DNA of 64,000 bases from Armatimonadota bacterium. Its GTDB lineage: Bacteria > Sysuimicrobiota > Sysuimicrobiia > Sysuimicrobiales > Kaftiobacteriaceae. Position 1 is the stretch's first letter. Every line of letters starts with the position of its first letter. Of the stretch, positions 35,780-43,171 are shown piece after piece. Location: assembly GCA_037440005.1 (NCBI GenBank), contig JBBIUY010000008.1, forward strand, positions 1 through 64,000. The letters are read 5' to 3'. The notes beneath the pieces are model-generated. The model was not told where the DNA came from. It ran no database searches and saw only the letters and a list, made by a program, of their open reading frames with translations. The translations under genes and the position numbers were made by a program.

Positions 35780-36649
35780 TCAGGAGCCGGTCGCGGAGGA
35801 CGCCCCCTCGTCCGCCCGGTGGGCGGGCCGGCCGGCGTACTGCTCGGCCATCTCCCGGGCGCGCTCGGCCGCCCTCCGGATGGCGTCCTGCACGGCGCGG
35901 GCGAAGCCGCGGTCTTCCAGCACCCCCAGGGCCGCCATGGTGGTGCCCCCGGGCGAGGTGACCCGGCGGCGGAGCTCGCCGGGGTCGGCCGCCGACTCGG
36001 CCAGCATGCGGGCCGCCCCCACCAGGGTCTGCACCGCCAGCCGGCGGGCGAGCTCGCCGCTGAGCCCCAGGTCGGTGCCGGCGCGGACCATCGCCTCGAT
36101 CAGGTGGTACACGTAGGCGGGGCCGCTGCCCGACAGCCCGGTCACCACGTCCAGCACGTCTTCGGAGACCACCACGGTGTCGCCCACCGCCTCGAACAGC
36201 CGCACGGCCGTGGCCAGGTGGTCGGCGGTGGCGCGGCGTCCCGCCGCCAGCGCCGTGGCCGACGCCAGGACGGCGGCGGAGGTGTTGGGCATCGCCCGGA
36301 TCACCGGCACCCCCGGCAGCGCCGCCTCCAGGGTGGCCAGGGGGATGCCGGCGATGACCGACACCACCAACTGGTCGGGCCGCACCGCGCCGGCGATCTC
36401 CGCCAGCACCTCCTGGGTGTCCCGGGGCTTGACGGCCAGGACCAGCACCGAGGCGGCCGCCAGCAGCGGGGGTTTGGTCGGCGTCACCCGCACGCCGTAG
36501 CGGGCGCCCACCGACAGCAGCCGCTCCCGGTTGGAGCGGTTGGTGACCCAGATGTCCTCCGGGGAGACCACGGCTCGGTCCAGCAGCCCCCGCAGCAGAG
36601 CGTCCGCCATGTTGCCGGCACCGATCATCCCGATGACCAGCTGCCCCAC
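35780..36649 (-). CDS. proC: Pyrroline-5-carboxylate reductase
   Basis: IGAGNMA, LAVKP, RAMPNT, TGLSGSGPAY, VTSPGGTT. GTG 36649 has a GGAGG RBS. Confidence 0.95.
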   Translation of the reverse strand: MGQLVIGMIGAGNMADALLRGLLDRAVVSPEDIWVTNRSNRERLLSVGARYGVRVTPTKPPLLAAASVLVLAVKPRDTQEVLAEIAGAVRPDQLVVSVIAGIPLATLEAALPGVPVIRAMPNTSAAVLASATALAAGRRATADHLATAVRLFEAVGDTVVVSEDVLDVVTGLSGSGPAYVYHLIEAMVRAGTDLGLSGELARRLAVQTLVGAARMLAESAADPGELRRRVTSPGGTTMAALGVLEDRGFARAVQDAIRRAAERAREMAEQYAGRPAHRADEGASSATGS

Positions 36650-36665
36650 GTCTGCCACCTCCGCC

Positions 36666-36853
36666 AAACACACACGCCCTCCCGCCGCAAGGGCGGAAGG
36701 GCGTTCCGCGGTACCACCTTACTTCCGGCGCGCCCGGCTGGCCGTCCGGGGGCGCCGGCACTCTGCGCCGTCTATCGGCCGGCGACCCGGCCCGCTTAGG
36801 ACCCGGGTGGGTCGGTCACGGGCTGCTCCGGGGTGGGAGCCCCTTCATCGCGT
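36666..36853 (-). promoter_or_regulatory. T-box riboswitch leader of proC
   Basis: Minus strand: GCGATGAAG start, short Stem I, GCCGATAGACGGC, CAGAGTG, Stem III, T-box AAGTAAGGTGGTACCGCGG (36706-36724), then antiterminator/terminator ACGCCCTTCCGCC..GGCGGGAGGGCGT-GTGTGTTT. Confidence 0.85.
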
Positions 36854-36862
36854 GTAAGCGTT

Positions 36863-36891
36863 ACTGTAGCACGCCCCGGCCGCAGGCGCAA
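36863..36891 (-). promoter_or_regulatory. Promoter for the T-box/proC transcript
   Basis: TTGCGC-17 bp-TACAGT on the minus strand, just upstream of the T-box leader. Confidence 0.55.
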
Positions 36892-36913
36892 GAGGTCGGT
36901 GTCCTGGGTTCGG

Positions 36914-37570
36914 CTACAGCCACCGGTCCCGCCCCCGGTAGATCTCCACCACCGGTCCGGTGGGGTGCTGCCGGCGGTACTCGCGGTACCGGCGGAGCAG
37001 GCGGCGGTACCGGCGGTCTGACGAGCGCAGGCGCCGGTGGGGGACCTGCAACAGGTACCGCTCCACCTTCCACACGTTGCGCCGGGACAGGCGCCAGTCG
37101 TACCCGCCCAGCTCCCGCAGGTCCACCAGCTGGTAGCCGGTGATGCGCCCGCTGTAGTCCACGTAGGGGTCGAAGTAACTCCACACCAGGTCCCGGAGGC
37201 TGCGGAACACCGGCCGCCGGCCGTGCAGCCCGGCGTCCCGGGACCGCCCCACGGCGCCCCACCGTCCCCGGCGGCGGAAGACGAACAGGACGTGGTCGAT
37301 GCCGTCCTGGGACTCGAAGCTCAGCAGCAGGGGCGGGTAGCCGTGCTGCTCCAGGATGACGGCGGCCGCCAGGGCCGCTTCCAGGCAGTGGGCGGCGCCC
37401 CGGCGGACCACCTCCCGGAACGAGCGCAGGGTCTCTCCGCGCCGCTCCCAGTTGTACCGCAGCGACCGCAGAAACCGCTGGACCTGCTCGGGGGTGCGGT
37501 GGGCCTGGACGATCCGCCACTCCCTCCGGGTGAACGCCTCCCGCGGGGGCGGTCGGTAGCCTGCCGTCAC
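36914..37570 (-). CDS. Conserved hypothetical protein, possibly transglutaminase/papain-like
   Basis: TPEQVQRFL, AHCLEAAL, DHVLFVF..GRWGAVGRSR..GL.GR.PV; Cys and His positioned like a catalytic dyad. Confidence 0.7.
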   Translation of the reverse strand: MTAGYRPPPREAFTRREWRIVQAHRTPEQVQRFLRSLRYNWERRGETLRSFREVVRRGAAHCLEAALAAAVILEQHGYPPLLLSFESQDGIDHVLFVFRRRGRWGAVGRSRDAGLHGRRPVFRSLRDLVWSYFDPYVDYSGRITGYQLVDLRELGGYDWRLSRRNVWKVERYLLQVPHRRLRSSDRRYRRLLRRYREYRRQHPTGPVVEIYRGRDRWL

Positions 37571-37678
37571 GGGGGCAGGAATTCGCAGCCTGGCCCCGGG
37601 ACGCCTGCCCGCGGCGGCGGGGCGGCCAGGGAGACGGCCTGGCTGCCGTCGAAGTGATGACACCCAGACCGGAAGGAG

Positions 37679-37891
37679 GTGTCCCCCGTGGCGGCCCGGG
37701 AGCCGGCGTTCGCTTCGGCCGACGAGGAGCGCGCGTACCTGGAGCGGGTGAAGGCGGAGCTGGACGCCTGCCGCACCAAGGAGGACGTGGTCCGGGTGTG
37801 GCGGGCCCACTACCTCCGGATCGGCCACCGCAGGCTGGGGCGGCTGCTGCTGGGCCGCAGCGTGGACGAGCTGGTGCGGGGCACGGAGTAG
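37679..37891 (+). CDS. Small hypothetical protein
   Basis: GGAGG RBS; WRAHYLRIGHRRLGRLL; 3 bp from the next gene. Confidence 0.7.
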   Translation: MSPVAAREPAFASADEERAYLERVKAELDACRTKEDVVRVWRAHYLRIGHRRLGRLLLGRSVDELVRGTE

Positions 37892-37894
37892 GCC

Positions 37895-38275
37895 GTGGAC
37901 GTCGTCCGGCCGGACCGCGCTCAGGCCGGCCCTCCGGAGCGGCCGGAGTACGTCGCGGGGACGGTGCGCCTGCAGTACCTGCGCCGGCCCGCACCCGGGG
38001 GGATGGAGCTGATCGCCGTCTTTTTCGACCCCGGCGCCCGCACCATTCCCCACGTCCACCACGCGGAGCAGGTCCTGGTGTTCGTAGAGGGCGAGGGAGT
38101 CGTCGCCACCGAGGACGGACGGCGCGTCGTGCGCGCCGGGCAGATCGCGGTCATCCCCGCGGGCGCCTGGCACTGGCACGGCGCCACCCGCACCTCGCCC
38201 GCCTGTCACATCTCCATCAAGGCCGCCGGCCCCACCGACTGGACCGTGGAGCGCCGGGACTGGGACGACTACTGA
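37895..38275 (+). CDS. Cupin domain protein
   Basis: FDPGART.PHVH..EQ and IPAGAWHWHGA..H cupin motifs. Confidence 0.88.
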   Translation: MDVVRPDRAQAGPPERPEYVAGTVRLQYLRRPAPGGMELIAVFFDPGARTIPHVHHAEQVLVFVEGEGVVATEDGRRVVRAGQIAVIPAGAWHWHGATRTSPACHISIKAAGPTDWTVERRDWDDY

Positions 38276-39189
38276 GGGCCCGCGGACAGCGGCGCCCAGG
38301 CGTCCGGCGGGACGTCGGCGGCGACGACGCCGGGGTGCAGCAGGGTCGCCAGGATTTCCACCCCCGTCACGATCCGGGGGCCGGGGCGGTTGAAGTACGC
38401 CGACGCGTCGGTGAGGTAGACCCGGCCGGACCGCACCGCCGGCAGGGTGTCCCACCCCGGCCGGGCGGTGAGCGGGGAGATCTCCCGCCGCGTCCGCGCC
38501 ACGTCGAACCCGCACGGCATCACCACCAGGACCTCGGGCGCCGCGGCCACGACGTCCTCCCAGGGCACGACCACCGACGGCTCCCCCGCCCGGCCGAGCA
38601 CGTCGCGCCCCCCGGCGATCTCCACCATCTCCGGCACCCAGTGGCCTGCGATGAAGACCGGGTCCAGCCACTCGATGCACACCACCCGGGGCCGGGGCAG
38701 CCCGGCGGTCGCCCGCCGCACGCGCTCGATCCGGGCCTGAAGGTCAGTCGTCAGTTCTTCGGCCCGGGCGCTCCGGCCGGTCAGGTCCCCCACCAGGCGG
38801 ATGGTGTCCAGGATGCCCGCCCAGTCATGCGGTTCCAGCGAGACGATCTTCGGCTGCGCGTCCAGGAGACGGGCGGCCGCGGTGACCAGGGTGTAGGAGG
38901 GCGCGCACACCGCGCACAGCTCCTGGGTGAGGATCAGGTCGGGTCGCAGGGCCGCCAGCCGGGCCGCGTCCAGGTGGTAGACGCTGGTCCCCCGGTGCAG
39001 GTGGTCGCGGATGCGGGCGTCGATCGCCCCGCTGGGGAAGTCCGCGGTGACCACCGCCTGGCTCAGCACGGGCAGCCCGGCGACCTGAGGCGGGTAGTCG
39101 CAGTCGTGGGAGATGCCGACCAGCGAGTCGGCCAGCCCCAGGGCGCAGACGATCTCGGTGGCGCTGGGCAGCAGCGAGACGATCCGCAC
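38269..39189 (-). CDS. Cobalamin/iron-chelate substrate-binding family protein (BtuF-like, no signal peptide)
   Basis: RIVSLLPSATEI, GISHDCDYP, PDLILTQELCAVCA, EWLDP..GHW.PE, MPCGF, YFNRPGPR. Confidence 0.85.
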   Translation of the reverse strand: MRIVSLLPSATEIVCALGLADSLVGISHDCDYPPQVAGLPVLSQAVVTADFPSGAIDARIRDHLHRGTSVYHLDAARLAALRPDLILTQELCAVCAPSYTLVTAAARLLDAQPKIVSLEPHDWAGILDTIRLVGDLTGRSARAEELTTDLQARIERVRRATAGLPRPRVVCIEWLDPVFIAGHWVPEMVEIAGGRDVLGRAGEPSVVVPWEDVVAAAPEVLVVMPCGFDVARTRREISPLTARPGWDTLPAVRSGRVYLTDASAYFNRPGPRIVTGVEILATLLHPGVVAADVPPDAWAPLSAGPQ

Positions 39190-39265
39190 GACCTGCCCCT
39201 TTGGCATCCGGAGCCGGCGTCCCTGCCGCCGCTCCGCGACCTCCCCCGGCCGGGGGTCGGCCGGC

Positions 39266-40387
39266 CTAGGACTGGTAGATGTTGAGCGGGTGCCGCCGGA
39301 ACGCCGGGCCCAGCGCCCGGCGCAGTTCGTCGAACATGGCGATGTCGTGCTGGCCCACGAAGGTGACGGCCACCCCCGGCCGCCCCGCCCGCGCCGTGCG
39401 GCCCACCCGGTGGATGTAAGTCTCCACGTCTTCGGGCATGTCGAAGTTGATCACGTGGGAGACCTCGGGCAGGTCCAGCCCCCGGGCGGCCACGTTGGTG
39501 GCCACCAGGACCGGCGTGCGCCGCGCCGCGAACTCCCGCAGGGCCTGCAGGCGGGCCCCCTGGCGCAGGCCGCCGTGCAGCAGCCCCACCCGGAGGTCGC
39601 GCCTCAGCGCCCGGGCCAGCCGGTCGGCGCGGTGCTGGGTCCGCCGGAACACCAGCGCGGCCTCCACCGGTTCGGTGCGCAGCAGGCGCCGCAGGGCCCG
39701 CACCTTGTCCTGCTCGGCCACCTCCAGGTAGAACTGGTCCACCGTGGGAACGGTGGGCCGCTCGGCCGCGATGCGGATCCAGACGGGCTGGCGCATCTGC
39801 GCCTCGGCCACGGCCCGCACCGCCGGGGGCATGGTGGCCGAGAACAGCGCCGTCTGGCGGGTCCGGGGCGTGTGGCCGAGGATGCGGGTCACGTCGGGCA
39901 GGAAACCCATGTCCAGCATCCGGTCCGCCTCGTCCAGGACGACGGCGCCGACGGCGCCCAGGCGGACGGTGGCGCGCTGCAGGTGATCCAGCAGGCGGCC
40001 GGGGGTGGCCACGACCAGGTGCGGACCCCGGCGCAGCTCGCGCAGCTGCCCCTCCATGGACGCCCCGCCGAACAGGGCCACGGGCACCAGACCCCGGGGC
40101 CGGCCCAGGGCCGCCAGGTCGTCGGCCACCTGCAGGGCGAGCTCGCGGGTGGGGACCAGGACCAGAGCCTGCGCCTCCCGGCGGGCGGGGTCCAGCCGCT
40201 CCACCAGGGGGATCCCGTACGCGCCGGTCTTGCCGGAGCCGGTCTGGGCCTGACCGACCACGTCGCGGCCCTCCCGCATCAGCGGGATGACCTTCTCCTG
40301 GATGGGGGTGGGCTGGGTCCAGCCCAGCCCGGCGACGGCCTTCGCCGTCTCGGGGAGGACCGTCAGAGTTCCAAACTGTGTCGACAT
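39266..40387 (-). CDS. DEAD-box RNA helicase (minimal core)
   Basis: Q motif PTPIQ, AQTGSGKT, PTRELA, TPGR, DEAD, SAT, ARGLD, YIHRVGRTAR; AGGAGG RBS. Confidence 0.95.
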   Translation of the reverse strand: MSTQFGTLTVLPETAKAVAGLGWTQPTPIQEKVIPLMREGRDVVGQAQTGSGKTGAYGIPLVERLDPARREAQALVLVPTRELALQVADDLAALGRPRGLVPVALFGGASMEGQLRELRRGPHLVVATPGRLLDHLQRATVRLGAVGAVVLDEADRMLDMGFLPDVTRILGHTPRTRQTALFSATMPPAVRAVAEAQMRQPVWIRIAAERPTVPTVDQFYLEVAEQDKVRALRRLLRTEPVEAALVFRRTQHRADRLARALRRDLRVGLLHGGLRQGARLQALREFAARRTPVLVATNVAARGLDLPEVSHVINFDMPEDVETYIHRVGRTARAGRPGVAVTFVGQHDIAMFDELRRALGPAFRRHPLNIYQS

Positions 40388-40544
40388 ACAATAAGCCTCC
40401 TTCGTCCCCGGCGGTGCCGGGGCGGGTGTGCCGGCATCTGCGCGTGTCTCGCCGGTCCCACCCTGCGAAGAAGGCCCGTCGACACACACGCGAAGGGCGC
40501 CGCCAGCGGCGCCCCTCGCAGAACGCATCTATGACGACGCCGTC

Positions 40545-40573
40545 AGGATATCACACCCTGCAGCCCCCGTCAA
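40545..40573 (-). promoter_or_regulatory. Promoter of the DEAD-box gene
   Basis: TTGACG-17 bp-TATCCT with an extended TG on the minus strand. Confidence 0.6.
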
Positions 40574-40609
40574 ACGGTCGCGGGGCCGGTCCGCCACGCA
40601 GGCGGGCCG

Positions 40610-40996
40610 CTACCAGCGAGGCCGCCGGTCCCGCCGCTCGCGCCGGCGTCCTCCGCCGCCTCCCCGGCGGCCGGACCGCTCGCCTCCTCCACCCCCGCCG
40701 GACCACCCGCCCGGCCGTCCTCCGCCGTAGCCGCGGCCGCCGGGGGGACCCTGGGGCCGCGGCCGGGCTTCGTTGACGATCAGGCTGCGCCCTTTGAACT
40801 CCTTGCCGTGCATCGCCGAGATGGCCTCGGCCATCCGCTCGGCCGGGATCTCCACGAACCCGAACCCCCGCTCGGCGAGCAGGCGCGCGTCGGTCACCGG
40901 CCCCCAGGTGGTGAACAGGCCGCGCAGCTCCTCTTCGGTGGTGTCGTAGGACAGGTTACCGACAAACAACCGCTTGGTGCTCGTCACATCCGCCAC
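40610..40996 (-). CDS. RRM RNA-binding protein with Gly/Arg-rich tail
   Basis: RNP2 LFVGNL, RNP1 RGFGFVEI, GRSLIVNEARPR. Confidence 0.93.
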   Translation of the reverse strand: MADVTSTKRLFVGNLSYDTTEEELRGLFTTWGPVTDARLLAERGFGFVEIPAERMAEAISAMHGKEFKGRSLIVNEARPRPQGPPGGRGYGGGRPGGWSGGGGGGERSGRRGGGGGRRRERRDRRPRW

Positions 40997-41011
40997 TCCT
41001 CTCCTGTGAAA

Positions 41012-41839
41012 TCACGCCTCCCGTCGGGGGGGCGTTCCGTTGGACGTCCAGGCGGGGGAGGGGCCGTACGCCTGGCGCGCCCGCCGCGCCCGGGGCAGGG
41101 ACCGCACCGGGTCCTGGTAGGCAAACTGCAGCAGCCGCCGGGCCGCCGGCCCGGTGTAGGTCAGCTCGTGGGTGCCGTCCCGCCGCACCCGCACCTGCCC
41201 GCCGTTCACGCCGGCGTGACGGGCCAGGGCGCGGCGCAGGTCGGAGGCAAACTGTTCGGGACCGGTCAGGGAGACGGCGGGCCGGCGTCCTGCGCTCACG
41301 CGTCCGCCGCCTTCCAGGTAGCCGCGGACGAAGTGGTCCAGCAGGCCGGGAGGCACCAGGGCCACCGGCACCGACCCGTCGGTCGGGTCATCGGGGATCC
41401 CCCAGTCGGCCAGCATGCGGCCCAGGTCCCGGTCGCGGATGTAGGCCTGCAGGCCGTCCCGGCTGCTGCGGCACCACTCGCAGGTGGGGTGACCGGCGCA
41501 CAGGTCCTCCACCAGGGTGGCCACGTGGGCGGTGTCCCGGGGATCCACCGTGAGGACCAAGGTGGGCACGGGGCCCTGCTGGAACAGCCGGCCGCAGGCG
41601 GCAATGTAGCCCACCCAGTACAGCTGCACGGCCCCGCGGCCGCGGCGGGCGTGCTGGCGCAGGTGGAAGGGCGTGGGCAGCCGGTCGTCGGCGCGGCGCC
41701 GGAGAATGGCGGCCACCGCCGACAGCGGGAGACCGTGCTTGGCGGCGATGGCTGCAGGCGGAAGCCCCGCGGCAAAATCGGCGTGGATCGAGAAGAGCTG
41801 GTACGGATCCCGCCGCGGGAGCCGGCGGGTAGGCGTCAC
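41012..41839 (-). CDS. HTH plus degenerate two-motif LAGLIDADG-fold protein
   Basis: IAAKHGLPLSAVAAILRR (HTH); YWVGYIAACG and HFVRGYLEGGG (LAGLIDADG-like helices); C-terminal Y....LPR typical of such proteins. Confidence 0.7.
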   Translation of the reverse strand: MTPTRRLPRRDPYQLFSIHADFAAGLPPAAIAAKHGLPLSAVAAILRRRADDRLPTPFHLRQHARRGRGAVQLYWVGYIAACGRLFQQGPVPTLVLTVDPRDTAHVATLVEDLCAGHPTCEWCRSSRDGLQAYIRDRDLGRMLADWGIPDDPTDGSVPVALVPPGLLDHFVRGYLEGGGRVSAGRRPAVSLTGPEQFASDLRRALARHAGVNGGQVRVRRDGTHELTYTGPAARRLLQFAYQDPVRSLPRARRARQAYGPSPAWTSNGTPPRREA

Positions 41840-41882
41840 GTTCCGAGCATACCACGTTTTCGGGTCCCGCTCCAGCCCGGCG

Positions 41883-43028
41883 TCAGCCGGACGGGCGGGT
41901 GAGGGCGGGCCGGCGGGGGTCGAACAGCGCGATGGGGTGGCGGGTGCGGCCCTCCAGCGCCAGGTCGGCGGCGATCTCCCCCACCACGGGGGCGAACTTG
42001 AACCCGTGGCCCGAAAAGCCGCAGGCCACCACCACCTGCGGGTGGCGGGGGTGCAGGCCCAGGACGAAGTGGCCGTCGGGGGTGTTGGTGTACAGGCAGG
42101 TAGCCGCCCGGGCCAGCTCCCCGGCCGCGTCGGGCAGGTAGCGCTCCAGCAGCGCCCGCATGGCGTCCGCCTCCTCCGGAGCGACCTGCCGGCGGACGGT
42201 CTGGGGGGTGCACGCCTCCCCGCTGTGGTGGTGGGCCACCTTCACCGTGCCGTCCTCCTGGGTCGGAAAGCCGTAGAAGAACGCTCCGGGCCGGTACTCG
42301 CAGATGTAGATGGGGAAGCGCCCGGGGCTGAACAGCTCTGGCCGGCGGGGCCGGAACCAGTACATCACGTTGCGCTCCACCACCAGGGGAAGGTCCAGGT
42401 CGTCCAGGACCTGGAGCGCCCACGGCCCCGGGCACAGGACCAGACGGCCGGCCCGGTAGGTTTCCCGGGAGGTCTCCACGGTCACCCCCTCCGGACCGGC
42501 GCGCCAGTGCCGGACGGGCTCGTCGTAGCGCAGGTCCGCTCCCGCGGCGGCGGCCTGCTGCAGGTGCGCGCGCACGCACCCTTCGGGGTCCAGCACGCCC
42601 GCCCGCGGCTCCGCCACGGCCACGTATCCGGGAGGGGGACGAAACGCCGGGTACCGGCGGGCGATCCCGTCGCCGTCCAGGACCTCGTGGGCCAGCCCGT
42701 GCTGCCGGGCGCTGGCCAGGGTGCCGGTGACCAGTTCGCCGTCGGGCGGGCCCACCATCAGCCCGCCGGTGATCCGCAGCAGCGGGGTCCCGCAGCGGTC
42801 CTGCAGCTCCTCCCACAGCCGGTAGCTGCGCTGGACCAGCGGCACGTAGTCGGGGTGCTCGAAGTACGCCTCGCGGATGATGCGCGAGCGGCCGTGAGAG
42901 GACCCCCGGTCGTGGGGCGGCGCGTACTGGTCCACGCCCACCACCCGCGCGCCCCGGCGGGCCAGGTGGAAGGCGGCGGCGCCGCCCATGGCGCCCAGCC
43001 CCACGACCACCACGTCGGCGGTGACCAT
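41883..43028 (-). CDS. solA: N-methyl-L-tryptophan oxidase / monomeric sarcosine oxidase family
   Basis: VVGLGAMG, GSSHGRSRIIR.AY, CLYTNTPDGHF (FAD-linked Cys), GFSGHGFKF. Confidence 0.92.
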   Translation of the reverse strand: MVTADVVVVGLGAMGGAAAFHLARRGARVVGVDQYAPPHDRGSSHGRSRIIREAYFEHPDYVPLVQRSYRLWEELQDRCGTPLLRITGGLMVGPPDGELVTGTLASARQHGLAHEVLDGDGIARRYPAFRPPPGYVAVAEPRAGVLDPEGCVRAHLQQAAAAGADLRYDEPVRHWRAGPEGVTVETSRETYRAGRLVLCPGPWALQVLDDLDLPLVVERNVMYWFRPRRPELFSPGRFPIYICEYRPGAFFYGFPTQEDGTVKVAHHHSGEACTPQTVRRQVAPEEADAMRALLERYLPDAAGELARAATCLYTNTPDGHFVLGLHPRHPQVVVACGFSGHGFKFAPVVGEIAADLALEGRTRHPIALFDPRRPALTRPSG

Positions 43029-43171
43029 CGCCACAGGGGAGTTCGCCCCGGCGGATCGTTTTCCCCGGGAGAGGCTACGGGTGCGGCTTAAGTTGGCCAA
43101 CACTGACTTTTCTTTCGATCCGCCCCGTCGGGGTGGCGCGGGCTGCACACGTCCACTATCATAGAACCCAC

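Noticed and set aside
29108..36000. tRNA-integrated genomic island
   Set aside because: No integrase, no duplicated tRNA 3' end that I could see, and no obvious GC shift.
41012..41839. Active homing endonuclease, intein or group I intron
   Set aside because: Catalytic acidic residues appear substituted; there are no intein splicing motifs and no interrupted host gene.
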